The notes: generated by a model not told the origin, from the letters alone. Numbered from the whole stretch's first letter, positions 42,301 through 56,620 are shown. The stretch: DNA of 63,851 nt, filler included, from Bigelowiella natans CCMP2755 (GCA_000320545.1; 4 parts of 4 records of this genome joined end to end with filler, not necessarily neighbours in it), one strand, 5' to 3'. A program made the numbers and translations.

Positions 42301-43282
42301 AAATGATATTATACCTGCGACAATGAATACACCGACTAAAATGGTTCGAACTTACGGCGTTCCGTGTCTGTGCTTGGGAAAGGTTACTGTTTTTAGAAAT
42401 AATCACCTCCTTTCCTACCAGCAGCGCGGTTTTTTTTTTGCAATCCGACGTATGAGGATTTGGAGTTGCGACAACGTGGATTTGATGGCGTCAATTGTTA
42501 ATGATGTAATTTCAAGAATACACGAGAAAGCTGTGAAGGGGTAGAGGGTTGACCGGCAGACCGAGGGAATCACTTCGCGAAAAAAAAAGTTTGGTGATTT
42601 CCGCTCATATTGCTGTGCTAATCAATAAAGAGGATAAAACTATAGTGGTTTTCCTTCTCGGAAGAATTTAAGCAGACATAATTATCACTGAGAGGAAAAG
42701 CTCCTGGAATGTCGATCTGAGGCCAGTGTGTATTCAGATCTTTGAGCATTTTGAACGGAACGAATATCGACTCAATAAAACAGCATACGACAACACTGTG
42801 AATAACATTTATCAGATCTAGCCATTCATTTCATAGTTCTCATAGTTTCTATGAAAGCATTTCTTCGAAAACATAGTTTGGATTACAAATTCTGCTGGTC
42901 TTCCTATCAACATCCAGACTTATTTCAACCAAAAATAGCTTATGCTTTCGTAGGGAATTATAGGGTACGTCTTTCGTACGACAACTTATCTTACGACAAC
43001 ATGTAAACATTGCCTTCCCGTCGGACTGCTTGTGTGCAGCATTGGATCCGAATTCCATTTCAAAATTCATCATGTCAACACCTTCAGACTCAATCGAGAG
43101 TGTTATTCGAACAATAAATCGCGACATCCAATAAAATTTGAAAATTACCCGAAATCCAGCTCAACTCTCGAGAGGCAGAGCTCATTTCGGTACTTTTTAA
43201 CGCTGAAAAGATCGCCTCATCTGGCCCAAGTCGGTCGTCCAAACCCCCCGGCGCCTAGACTGCGCGACAGATTCCCAGAGAA

Positions 43283-45467
43283 GTGGTCGTAGGGCGGATA
43301 ACGTTTTCGCTTGGTATCGTCGGCGCCCACAACCAGGAACCACCGTTTTCGGGCAACAATTGGATCGATTTTCACAGTGTCTCGGAAACGCAAAAACCGA
43401 GTACACGATCAATTTTGTCCATAAAACAAAGGATATTTCTCTATTGCGACTTGAACTTTTTCCTCTCAAACGAGTTTGAAACGGCCCTGTGTGCCGGTAG
43501 TCTAGGCACGTGGCGCTGACGTCGCCGTCTCTCCCCTCACGACCGCTCTCTCGAGACAGAAAAATGGTGTCTAGCGAACACCGACTCTATCGAGTCCAAA
43601 CCTTCCAGGTGCACGTCGAGCCGATACCGTCTGCTACCGTTCCAATCCCATTTAGAATCGAGTTTAGATCCCCTCAGCTCCGTTTCTATGCGGAGCGGAC
43701 GCTGCCCCAGGTAGAACAATTCCTGCATTCTTTATCCGCGGCCGCCGGAAAATATCCATCATGCACATTCAGGTTCACAAATTTCATGCCTCCTGGAGGA
43801 AAACATACCCGACGCTCGCGAAGATTCCACGGCCAGAGAAAGCTGTATTAGACATCATGAAGAAGCAGGCTGCAAGCGCCAATGACCTGGCTATGAAAAT
43901 CAAGGAATACTTTTGGTGGGTATCACGCACGCAAACGAGCACGCGAGCAATATCTTGTGGAAAATCGAGCTCTTCTCTAGATTAGAGCGGAGAGATAGAG
44001 GATCCGAACTTTGGCAAATGGGAAGAGAGGGTTGGGGCAAAGCACTAAGTCTGATTGTATGCAGGATCATATTCCAAATTTCCTGTACGAGGGCTCTGTT
44101 GCTTGAGTGGCTGAAACTTCCGGAGCGGTCGAAAATCAGATTTACGGTTCGCAGCCTAGTTATGCTGCCCCATAGCTGGTGTATTCATAAATAACGACGT
44201 GGTCCTTGCAGGCAAACGCGGCGCGACAGGAGAGTTGGGTTTTGGACCAGGTAGAATCGCACTACAACACCCCCTTTGTTTCATAATGTCAGATATCGAA
44301 ATATTTTTTTAATTTTGATATATAAAGGCAAAGACCCAGGTATCTCCAGGACGAATGAAAAAGTCTTCACAGTATCTAATTAAGGTTATCCTTTGCCACG
44401 ACACATGTTGGGGAAGGTTTACGAAGTCTCTGTTTTCAGATCGACGGGACGGCAGGGACGACCACCAAAGGAGCGATTCCAATAATCAGAAAGTCCAAGA
44501 AGAAGAAAGAAGGGAAGATAAAGAAGGGAAACACAGACAAGGTTAGCAACGAAATTATGCGGGGCGTAAAATTGACGAAGCGCGCTCATCGAATGCGAAT
44601 TTCAGGCGTGTTTGAATGCCGAGCGAATCCGGGAGAGGTTTCAAAATAACCACAAAGATCTGATCACAAAGGTAGAGCCAATAAAATGGTGTGCTTTTGC
44701 AATAGAGCCCCCTACAGATTCCGCCGCTTTTACAGGTGATAATAGATGCAGAGAAATCGAAGAGAAAAGGCTGTCGTCGCGACGAGCACAAGCACCTAAG
44801 AAAGAATGCGTCGCAACGCGACTTCGGTGATAAAAAGAAGAGAGCACCCGTACGACCACCAGAGCGGGCGATACCCTCAAACAATTCAAGTGAAATGGAA
44901 AATAGTCCCAGGTCCAGGAAGGCCAAACGTCACAACGACTCGACAGCTGATGTCAACACTACAAAGCATCGTGGAATGTCGCTGCTTTCCAAGAAGCACG
45001 CTTCGAAGCCATCAAGACCTCGTCGAAAGCCACCCCCACCCATCCAGAGAACTGTTGCAGGGAACACAGAAGCTGAAACGAACTTTGTTCAAGAGAATCT
45101 TCGGAATATTGACCAATCGCGGCCGGCAGGGAAATTCCTGGAACAGCCACCAGCACCACCTCGTAGACCACCACCACCCTTTCCACAAAGATTGATTCAA
45201 AACACAGAAAGGACGCCCTCTTTGCAAAAGGGCTCTTTTGATGAGGAGAATGCCATGCGGAATGAGTTGCCAGGAGAGCATCGTCGCTCTGAAGTTGCAT
45301 CTGCAAGAGACGCCAACAAGTTTTGTCACGTGTTGTCGTCAAAGCCCACTCCTCCAAACGTTCCACCACCAGGATGGAAACCGCCGGCTGGTTGGAGACC
45401 TCCCGCTGACTTTACTCCTTCGTCCTTCCAATGGAAAAAACTTTTGTCGGATCATGGCTTCGTTTGA
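43283..45467 (+). CDS. Hypothetical protein, possible PX-like N-terminal region and Pro-rich tail
   Basis: Short-intron exons HRLYRVQTFQ|LRFYAERTLPQ|VHKFHASWRKTYPTLAKIPRPEK...IKEYF. Terminal ORF 44736-45467 has PPPP motifs. The PX call is weak. Confidence 0.45.
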
Positions 45468-45480
45468 TCAAGTTGTTTTT

Positions 45481-45524
<44 letters not shown>

Positions 45525-46102
45525 TCTCACCGGCGCGCCTGAGGATCCTTAGCAAAATTGTTTGCCGCACCAATGGACCATGCTGTTCGTAGCACACACG
45601 CGCACCGGCGCACTAGCAGAGCTAGAGAGTACAGGGACTGTGGCTAGCGACTGATCGGACACACTCACATCTAGACATTTTAGCAACAGCGTCACTACGC
45701 TTTGTTATTGCAGTCGTGCGGGCCGTGCGTGTCAAAGTGTAATAAGCTAGTAAGCGCAACAATGCAATGCGCTGAATGATCTTACTTGCATTGTACCGAA
45801 GGAAAAAAAAGTGCAACAATGTGATGCGTTGAATGGCCTCACTGCATGTGTTGTCTAGTTGTGTAGCAATGCATGTGAAGCATTGCACCTTGCTAAGAAG
45901 CAGCCGAATCGGTCACATGAAAATGAACGATACTAGGTCACCTGCGCGAACGATTCTGTACAATGCAAGGACTATTCATGCTCATCATGCAGGTTGTCCC
46001 AGCAATCATGCTTTTGGTCGAAGCACTTACTGTCAAAACAATGACACAGTTCTATGAATGTTACTTTGCTTTAGCTTTGCTAGAGCATTTGGCAATTTTC
46101 TT

Positions 46103-47913
46103 TCATTCTTGAAGCATGCCTGCTTGAATCATGCTTCGTCTTATTGTTATATCTTGGGCAATTTGATGGATGAAGTTTGTAAATTTTGAATAACTTGACT
46201 CATCTACAATCTGCGTATCTACAAAAAGCAAAATCAATTGATGGATGGTAATCTCAACAAAACGAAACGTACACACTAAGGCACGCAAATCGGCAGGTGT
46301 GTCCACAGAACATAAAACTTACATATGCATCTGGACGTATTTTGGCAGGCTGATGTGAAGAGTTCTACGATGTGACTACGAAACAAAGATGTTGAATGAA
46401 GTAATAAGATGATGAATCTCTTTAGAACGTGACGAAACATTATTTTCAACCGAATGCTATCCTCAAAGCCTTCTCCTTCAAATTCATCTAAAATGCTACA
46501 TATTCTAATTGACGTCAACCGAAGCTGAGATGTAATAATCATGCGAGAATAAGGAGAACATGTAAACGGAGGGAGGTCACGAGATCACGACCTTATCTGC
46601 AAAGTCTTCTGGGTTTGTAAACATTATGACTATGGGTGTAGTCTTCAAGAGAAAACAGTTTCCGATTGATTTGAGTTGCAAGAATGCTTCCGTCAATTCG
46701 TTTTTCCAGACATTGTTCTCATCGAAATTACTCTGGACATTTTTGCAACACAATTCTATTTTAAATATTCAATAACTTTAAGTGCAGATGGTGGTCAAGT
46801 AACCTTGTTAAAACCTGTGAGGGAGACCACGAAGAGTATTCCGGTTATTTCCTGAAAACAGCCCATCCATTTTCTATGACAACCTGCTTGCTGTCCCACA
46901 TCTATGACACTGGTAGCAAAAAGCAAGAATTAATCGTTGAAGTGATTTACGAATAATAATGGCACCAGTAATTGTCGTCCCTTGCTTTGAATTCCTAATT
47001 TTCAAAATTCATGGCGAAGTGTCACATAAATCATGTTCAAGTTGTTCTACATTGACATTTACCATTTCGCTCAGTCCGCATTTCTGTCTTCGATATCTCA
47101 GTATATCTTCAAATGATGGGATGTAGTCTATCCGTCTGATGGCATCCAACCTCTTGTAAAAATACGCGGCTAATTCAAAACACTTCTTTTTGCTATCGGG
47201 TTTTGCGTTGGACCATAAAGATTCTATTGCTGTACAAACTTCTTCAGTATAGCACTCCACATATTTGGGGAAAGATTCTTCAGATGTCATGGAAGTGCGC
47301 CTCTCTTCATTTGATGAAAGATAATCCTTTAAAATTTGAGCCAAGGCAATTTTCTTCTGTTCAGTATCGTGACGACACATTGATATAGTTTCCTTCAGGA
47401 AGAAATTCTGAATATCAGCCTTGAATGACCCTCTCTCTCTGTTTCCAAAGCTAAAATAATTTGGAACATGACTATTTAGCTTCTTAAACATATCCATTGT
47501 ATTCTTGCGGTTCCCTAATACAAGGAATCTGCTGATCTGTAAGTCATGCTTTCGATCGGCCAAGAGTTCTTGAGAAATCTTCCTATCTAACAACACTGCC
47601 TAACATTAACATTACATGTGTGCAAACAAATTGTTAGCCGAATCTTACTCGTACGGAAATCAATATAGCCAGGAAAAACAACAGTGTGCATTTACCCAAT
47701 GCATGTTACTGACTACCTCTTTCTCATCAAGCTCATCGTATCCCCTTCGCCGCAAAGGCGTCTCCAGGTTCGCCTCCGAGCCCTGTTACGCATTGAGCAT
47801 CACGAACACACAACGCACCCTCAGGTAGCAAAAATAATGAGCAAAACCACCTCACACTGGAAGTCCTCCACCAACTCAACGAACTCGGGCTCATCGCTGC
47901 AGCAGACGCCCAT
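46103..47913 (-). CDS. Divergent heterotrimeric G-protein alpha subunit with degenerate nucleotide-binding motifs
   Basis: MGVCCS lipidation N-terminus, LDRKISQELLADRK, DYIPSFEDILRYR, IDVGQQAGCHRKWMGCFQEITGILFVVSL, TPIVIMFTNPEDFADK, C-terminus DITIRRSMIQAGML. Confidence 0.85.
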
Positions 47914-48096
47914 TATTTCATTATTTCATCAAAGACGGCCGTCGCGAGGCGGATCAGCACGTGCGACATGCAGTCCTTTCCGCATATGCGACAGCCCTAA
48001 AACCTTGTCGCAGACTAAAACAGTACTGTTTGACTCTTTATTGTCGAACAGCAACACAATCTAAAAAAAAAAGGGGGGGGAGAACACAGGCGTACA

Positions 48097-50278
48097 ATGG
48101 CGGTGGTCCCCGCCACCATTGGCCCGGTTTTGAAGGGAATTGACCAGTGCGAGGGCGATGATGGCTTCCAAACGACGATGGATCTGAGCCCGTTGGATGA
48201 TGCCCGGAAGGAAGGGGGAGACCAGGTGCGTGGATACGTGTTGCATTAGTTGTTAGTTGAGCGGTCCTTCCAATTAGCACAACATGCATGTGCATCAATG
48301 TTAGCATGGCTGTTGATGACACGCTTTGCACTGGATGATGAGTAGAAATATTGATTTCATAGAGTAAGACGCAAAATGATTACAAAAAAATGGCCCAAGC
48401 ACTCGATTCAGAGGTGACTCTAAGACTCTAAGCTCGAATGTTACAAGCTCCTGTGCACTTTAACCACTATTCTACTTTCGCAGATCGCAAAGATGAAGGA
48501 CTCCTTCAGGGCATTGAAAGAAATGCAGGAGGAGTCGGTATGATATTTTCTAAGTCAAGTAGATGCATGTTCAGTAATTTCAGTGTATTTAGACGGAATT
48601 GATGAATGAAGAAATCAACGAGGAACTCCAAAACATCCAGAGATGCGAGAGAGAGATTGCCGAGAAAAGGGTCGTAGATACTATGTCAGTTGGTCAATCA
48701 ATAGTGCTCATCAATAAAAATACTAGGGAATCCTCCTCAAAACCTCAGAGGATTGTAGAAGCCGATCCACTCTCAGTTTAAAACGGCAACGACAGGTAGT
48801 GGAATTCTCAGAAATAGAGACGCTGTTCACTTAAACTTGTATGCTCAAGATTCAAAGCCTCACCGACAAAATCGAGGATATACGAGCCCAAGTTCGAGGT
48901 AGATATTTCTTGTTAAAATCTTGATTAACTTGGCTCTTATTAATTGGTCACATTAGCAATAGAGAACGCCAGTGATCTTCAGGAAAGAGCCGTCAGAGTT
49001 GAATACCAACGCAATCGAAATCTGAAAGAGAAGCTGCACCAGGTAAGTGCGTGTAAAATTGAGGAGTTTTGACCAGGCGAATTGAAATTTGAATATATCA
49101 GGTCGAAGTCAGCAATGAAGAATACCAGGAAAGGATTAAGCTTGTGATTCAACGACAGGTTGGCTCATAACAAGATTTACTCAACAAAATTCTCAAATAC
49201 TAACCACATGGTGATTCAGGACCAAACATTGAAACGGTTAGAGGGACAGCTCCGAGCATCCAGGAATGCAGAGATTCGCGTCCAAAGAGTCATGAAAGTA
49301 GCTAATTTCAAGGTACTTTTCCACTGGCAAAACTAAATTCTTACTTTTTCGTAAAACAGCAAAAATCACTGAAGTTAGAAACCGAAAAGGAAGAACCGAC
49401 TAGATCAAACTCGTTGTATTATGACCGTATGGAACGTGGGAATGCTGAAAAGGCCTCAATGATACAGTATAGAAAGAGCGAAACGCCACGTCACTCGCGC
49501 ACGCGACCACGAATTATTCGTCACGCCGCAGGGCGTTCTCTTACAATAGTACCACCATCACGAAGAAGGGGACATTCTGCCCAAAGACCTGAGAAGAGAT
49601 TAGATTTTGAATCAAGTGCCATGGACAACAGCAATGAACGGAAAACAGAGAACGAGGATATAGACAAAAAAATTATGCTGGTCGATTCAGTCGATTCCGC
49701 CGACCGGGAAAGAACAGTGTCAGATATAGTACACGGGTCAGATAAGAAAATTAAACATGAGACAAGAGGAAGCTCCCCATCACACTATGACTTTGTTACT
49801 TATGAAGACTCGATTCATAAGCAAGGTACGTTCTAATGATAATCTCGATGGTTAACTCGGTATTTGATTGTTATCTTCGTTCTTGTTGTGCAAAGACGAT
49901 GATGCAGAGAAAGTAGAAGATTTGTTGGATGACGTTGATTCTGTTGCATCTGGGGAAACAACCCGCATAGATCTAGAATCTATACCACGAGGTGGCACCG
50001 TTGACAACTTCAAAGAAGGTAGTGAACTGTGCGGAAATATAAGTGAATCGGAGAGTATTGCTGCCGACTCGCCAAGGAGTCACTCACAATCACCGAGGGG
50101 ACTACACGGAAATCTTTCATGTTGCGGTATGTTTTTATCATCATCCAAAAGACATTCACATTCGAATACGCATACCCAAACAACAGAACAAATGGCAGAA
50201 TTTTGCTGCATGGTGTCAGGGGGACGAAAGTCTGGAAAGCAATCAAGTAAAAAGGTTGGTTTGTTATGTAACTCTTGA
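48097..50278 (+). CDS. Hypothetical coiled-coil protein with many short introns
   Basis: MAVVPATIGPVLKG... followed by GT-AG exons rich in E/K/Q/R (NEEINEELQNIQRCEREIAEKR). Acidic/Ser-rich tail. Confidence 0.6.
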
Positions 50279-50849
50279 ACATCTTGAAAGGTGGACATTC
50301 CAAGGCGATATATTTATATTTTATATGTATTGTGTGTGAGAGAGATGTGCGACAGTGAGAAGAGATGCGTGTGAATATACATATGCAGCCACATGCATGT
50401 GTGTGTCAAAAATAGTGTTATTTTTTGCCTCAACATGCGTGTCATTAGGAGTTTTCTGGTTTAGTTAGGCAAGGAGATCTTAAAAGTGATAAGGTGTGTC
50501 CAAATCATCACATTTGCTTACCAATTCCATGATTAACTTTTTCGTTTTTACTATGAATCGTATGGTCTTGCACCGAAACTTTGTCCTTGTCGAAGATCGG
50601 CATCAATAGTTTCCACGCGAGTGAAATAGAGATTGGAGAAAATAGATCTTCCCTGAGAAGAGATTATGCAGAGAGCAATGCAAAAGAGGGCCAGTTTTGT
50701 GTCCTCATGTAAATGTAGTGCACATCAATTACGAATTTTAGCAGTCACACGTGTGATCAGTGTCCGCCATGATGATCATGCCACGTGTCGAGAAACTCTT
50801 GTTGAAGTGTCATTCACATGGCACATGTGTTCACTGAAAATTAAAAATG

Positions 50850-52045
50850 TTGAGGACAGCGTTTCTCATTGTTGTGCTGCATCACGCCAGCACTTCTAGA
50901 CTTCCCAGTGTCTAGACTAGTAGACATTGATGATCACTGACCACTCACGCTGCACCACCACTGGACCAAGCTAGCAACGGCTGCTCTGTGTTGTTTTGAC
51001 TCTGAACTCCAAGAGCTGGAGAGCACTCACACCCTCTTCTAGTCTTGAGTCAAAGGCACGTGCGGCGGCAACTTTGAAAATCACCTCCGACCTTGAGAAT
51101 CACACTCCCCACAGTTGCCGAGCGAGGGGCTTGCGCAAGTTGAAGTTTTTCACCTTTTTTCCCACCGACTCATAAACTTGGTTTTGTCGATGTCGAGGGA
51201 AGCTCTGGAGCCGTGCTAGCGTGTGACAACCCTTGCACCAAGCCAGCAAGCTGGCAAGCTAGCAAGATCCTCACTCAGCTTGTCCATGTTCACATCAAGG
51301 GACTTCTTTGCCGTCCAAATTTGTCAGGTGCTAAAACTCTCTGCTAGTCTGGCGGGTGAATCAATTCGAACAAACACCTTCCTGTCAGGAAGAGTCTTTC
51401 ACAATGTGAACTCAACACACCAAGCGTCCCTCGTTGTGTGATGTGATCAACCGAGTCATCGGTCCAGCAGTGGCCGGCTAGCCGGGGCGACGCATCTCCA
51501 GCTCGTCTCTTTTGAAGTTGGCACGCTGGCTGCTGTGGTGGGTACAGTGGTGTCCTTGTGACTCTCCGACTTTCCCTCTAGCCCTCGCTAGCTCGCTCGC
51601 TAGCTAGCTCGGGCTTGTTGGCGCATCACACGCAGCGAGATTGTCCAGGACGTTGCCCACCCACCTCCATTCACTGGTTCAGTGCAAAGTTCCAGAACCA
51701 AAATCGCCAAGGGCTAGAGCGTGCATGCTGGCATGAATGAACGAAACGACGAAAAGTGTGATTGTGAGTTCTCGCAGAGTGCACGCATGTCACGTTTTTC
51801 GGACCCACCTGGCCACAATGAAGCGCGATTGTACGATTCAAGATTCGTTTTCACTTCAACATTCCAACATGAAGTTGCGCCACTTGCACTGCTGAATGAA
51901 CAAAGGAATGAAGCGATTCAGCTGCAGCGGTGCTGGCTAGCTGACATGGCTGGACGTGCCTCAAACAGGCGGTGGGCGGACTCATCCACAAGAAGTTTTG
52001 AAGCAAGAGAACGGAAGCATGGGGTTTTCACCTTGCGTCCAATTT
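50850..52045. repeat. TpA-depleted decayed repeat/TE-like domain
   Basis: Manual count of about 15 TA in CTAG versus 5 elsewhere in 1.2 kb. CTAG cluster at 51578-51607. Confidence 0.6.
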
Positions 52046-52173
52046 TTATAGCGAAAATACGTAAAATTCACCTGGATTCCTACTCACGTTCTAAAAACTG
52101 ATCCCTTTTTTTAATTTTTGGATGTCGCAGCACATAATTTGCCAGTGTTTCGTGCGAAAATTCGCTGGAGATC

Positions 52174-52666
52174 ATGGCGTCGGGGCTGCTTCCTGGCCTG
52201 CCCCCGATGACTCCGCGCAGTATTCTCTCTGTCACTGCCCTAATGCTGATTGGTTTCCTCCTCATGGTCTCGCACCAGATCAATACAATGTCCTTCACCG
52301 TCTTCGAGCTTAGGAAACAATTGGCAACGGTTGGTGAGGGGCGGGGGGGGGAGAGAGAGAGAGAGAAAAGTTCTCTCTTTCTGCGTTCGCGCACACGTCA
52401 TCAAGTTCTGCGAGAGACCCCAAACACAGTCCCTTCCACCGTAAATAACGCTTTTTGGTTTGTTCCTTCAGCTTCAAGCTAAAGTGGATGGTGGGGCGGC
52501 GGGCGGACCGGGGAGCGAGAGCCGTGATACGACATTTGCAGCAGAATTCGTCCGAGGGACTTCTCATGAAGTTAGTGACGGGGAGGGGGGGGTCCCCATG
52601 TCTATCACGCTGGGACAGAAAATTCACTACGAGAAGGACAAGGACGAGTACTGCCCTTTTCATCAC
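52174..52666 (+). CDS. 5' part of a type II membrane protein, truncated by gap
   Basis: MASGLLPG...SILSVTALMLIGFLLMVSH (TM), a short coil, an intron, then a second exon running into the Ns. Confidence 0.6.
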
Positions 52667-52766
52667 NNNNNNNNNNNNNNNNNNNNNNNNNNNNNNNNNN
52701 NNNNNNNNNNTTAATTAATTAANNNNNNNNNNNNNNNNNNNNNNNNNNNNNNNNNNNNNNNNNNNN
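52667..52766. other. Assembly spacer (N44-TTAATTAATTAA-N44)
   Basis: Direct read. Confidence 0.98.
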
Positions 52767-52979
52767 GAGGGGAGGGGGGGGGGACATCATCGACGCATCA
52801 TATGCACTTCTCCTTGATTCCTACTTATCATCTGATTACTTCCCGCTCTCTCCCCTCCCCTTCCCCCCCTCCACTTTTTCGTTCGATTTTCTTCCAGAAA
52901 TTCTCTCTCTCTCTCCCCCCCCCTCCCTTTCCTATCTAGACTAGACAGAAAAGAAAGCAGCAGAAGGCGTCGTTTTCTT

Positions 52980-53369
52980 CTTGCCTTGGGCATGCGTTGT
53001 GTCTGAGAAAGAAGCACGACAGATCCTTCGCCTCGCAAGCATCCGCCTGAGGAGGAGAACATGTTGTTGTTGTAGTTTGCTGCTGTTGCGGAACGAATCG
53101 GTCATGAATATCATTTATGTACGCGCCAAAAACGATGTTATCGGGCGGCGGCGACAGCTGTTGAACGAACGTACAGCGTAGTGCCACGATTTGCGGAACG
53201 TCGCGTCGTGATCCTGAGCAAATGAGGATGATGATGAGGAGGAGGAGGGGGAGGAGGGAAAAGAAAAAGCAGAGGAATGTTCCACAACGGATGATGGAAT
53301 CGGAAGTAGAAGGGTGAGGGCGTTTGTCTCTTTTGAAAAGCACCTCACGCTATTGCCTTATCATCGGAA

Positions 53370-53438
<69 letters not shown>

Positions 53439-54025
53439 CTTCCCTCTTTCTGCTTGCAAGCAACCTTGCAGACTTCGGGAAAAACCATCACGACAGGCCT
53501 GTTTCCGAATAGAGGAACAACGGCGGCGAGAACGGCGACATCAACCACAGCACGCAACAACACACGACCTTCGTCAGAAAAGCAACGACGACAACGATGA
53601 TGACGACGAAGGCACGATCGGTGATGACGACAGCGCAGTGGAAGCATCCCTCTATTCGTGTTAAACACAACTACGAAGCTACGCTACTCATCATCATCAT
53701 CAGCATCATCATCATCATCACCATAGCTCATCATCATCACTCGTCATCATCGCTTCAGCACACTGCCACTCAAAGGGCTACTAGCACGCAGCATGTGCTG
53801 CTGCCGATGCTTTTTCAATGCTTTTTTATCATCATTATCGGCTTACTCCTCCTTCGTGAGGGCGAGGTTGAGCGTTCCGCGGACGGAGTAGAAGAGGTCG
53901 GCGTGCCATCCACTGCACCAGTACTTGCTCTGTTTCACTAATGAGCAGTCCCTGCTCGCCTTTTTTTGGAACGGAAAAAGAAGCACTACTTCACTATGCT
54001 TTGGTGGTTTGTTTCGATTTGGTAA

Positions 54026-54060
<35 letters not shown>

Positions 54061-55155
54061 TATAAATATTGTCCCCCCCCCCCGGCTGGTTGCCAAACCT
54101 CCAGGGCAGATACAGTATTTCTGGTGGCAGCAGGACAACAATGACAACTACAATGGCGGGAGCGGCGGCAGCAGCAGCAGCGGCACGACGCTACCTCGTC
54201 AAATTGAAGTCGATCCAGTGCCCGAAAGACGTCGAGTTCCGGGCTGTTTGAATGATCAAGGATTTGCATCATCATCATCATCATCATCATCATCGTCTCC
54301 ATCGTCACCATCGTCCATCATCACCATCGGCGTACCTTGGGTGAAGTTCTAACATCCAAATCAGCGGTTCTCCCTCCTCGCCCGGCTCCTACTCACCACA
54401 GCAGCAGCAGCAGCAACAACAACAACGACAACGACGACGACGACGATCCAACAGAAGACGGCGACGATTAGATACGTGCATATTTTGGAATCGTATTATA
54501 TTTCCGTATGGTGACGAGCAGCTCAAGGCCACAGAAGCAGCTGCTCCATCTCCATTAGGTGTGTGTGTCGAAGAATAATCGCCACACCACCGTCGCTCAC
54601 GGCACTGCTATCATTACTTGTGGTTGGGTCAGCAGCGTTACTTACCGCCTCGATCTGGTATATCGAGTGCCGCTCTAGGAAGGCGTCCACCATATCTGCG
54701 GCCTCCTGTAAAAACACGGCGATGACAACGACGATGATGAGAGGAAGAGAAGGAGAAAGAGAAATGGTGAGTGTGCCTATGTTCTACCGTGCAGCTTCAC
54801 GATATCACCATAATCATCATCATCGTTGTCGCCATCATCATCTTCGTCGCTGCCAGACTCGCCAATATCATATACTCTCGAATCATCATGTTGTGTATTA
54901 TATCCATGATGTGGTACCAGCAAGCCAAGGTTGGGATTTGACGCCGTCAGGATGAGATGTCTGCCCCAAATCCAGATCAAAAACGTGGTAGGGTATATCA
55001 GCAGAGGGGGGGAGCACACACATACACACACAAAAACTTGCGAACGCACGCACACAACGCGCACGGATGCTGCATGCACGTGCTGCTGCTTACTTCGGCT
55101 CGTCGTTGTCGCGGATGGTGATGTTCGTTAAACCCTCGATCTGCAAGAAGTGCCT

Positions 55156-55254
<99 letters not shown>

Positions 55255-56620
55255 TATGTAACGCACATAAGCACATACGCACAAAAAAGTGAGCACATGA
55301 ACTTCACCGCACACGCTAATGCGATGCACTGTACAGCTCAATACCGCATGCTAGCGCTCGCTCTCTCCGAAGGCGAGAATGGCTGTTCCGGGTTCGTGCT
55401 CGACGTTGCAGTGTCTTTCTTGCTCCTCCCCCCTCTTGCTCGCTCGCCTTCAGCAGCAGTGTTCACAACTTCCTCCCCTTGCCCGCCCGTCGCCGCCGTT
55501 TTCGCCGTATTCTTTGAGTTGTCGATAAGCTCTTTCCGCAGAGAGGCCATATCCTTCAGGAGAGGGTGTGGTGATATGCGTGCGGTTGATAGGAAAGGGG
55601 AGGGAGGGAGGGAGGGAGGGAGGGAGGGAGGGAGGGAGGGGGCTAGGGGCGGTGAGGGGTGAAACGGAGAGCAAAATGTCTACCTCTTTCATCATATCAC
55701 GTATCTGCACCATTTGTCGCGACAGGACATCTATCCCAGCAGCAGCACCTGCGTCCCCCACAACAAGACGGCAAACGAGGAGGAGGAGGGTGGAAGGAGT
55801 AGTTTATTAAAGCCGTTTGCAACTGACGTAAGAGACAGAACGCACTTGCTTTGCATGCGCGCGCGTGCGTACACAAACACGCACAATGGTACGTATGCTA
55901 TAGAGCGGTATGGATAAGATGACATCATCAAGTATGCAAGCACCACGAAATAGCACCTTCTCCTCCCGAGCCAAATGCGGAGGACGGACCTCCTCTGCCC
56001 GTGGTGGGAACCTAGGAATGTGTCGCGTAAGCACCAGCAACACATGCAGCACAGACACCGCCCTCGTCTCTCAAGCTATCTTGCGACACAAAATGCTAAG
56101 TGAAACAGCAATAGATCTCTCCTGCGAAAGAGCAGCGGCTCTCCACCCCTCCCCTTCCTGCACGACCGACATTTTAGCACTATACATCACAAACGTGCAG
56201 AGTCATCATTCGAGCAGCTACCAAGAAGGTGGAGATCTGCCACAGACTGGCCCCAGCGATGAGAATGAACACCCCCTGTATTGAGCAGCATGCATCACGT
56301 GGAAAGAAAAACAAATGAAGTCAATCACAACAAAAAATCACGTTGCCAAATGGTGGTGGGTAAGGCGACGCTGGAGACTCTTCGAAAACGCTGGCAAAGC
56401 CGAGATCCGATGCGTGTACAGCACAGCAACGGACAGCGCGAGATCATGGATCGGGATCAGCCCTCCGCCCCACCCCTCCTCGCCGATGAAGAAAGCACGA
56501 GCGAACCGGGGGGGCGGAAGGAGAAGCAGTCCCACTACTACTAATAATAATGATAATAATACTGCTACTACTAACCCTAAGGATGTCATTCGTCGTTATC
56601 CGCATCCTACGAGACGGGCC
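52980..56620 (-). CDS. Multi-exon membrane protein, possibly GT23/alpha-1,6-fucosyltransferase-like; 3' end lost in gap
   Basis: Spliced CSGWHADLFYSVRGTLNLALTKEEPVVMV and KSWHYA|ADACEAKDLSCFFLRHNAC resemble the GT23 N-terminal pattern. Upstream TM GVFILIAGASLWQISTFL. Confidence 0.35.
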
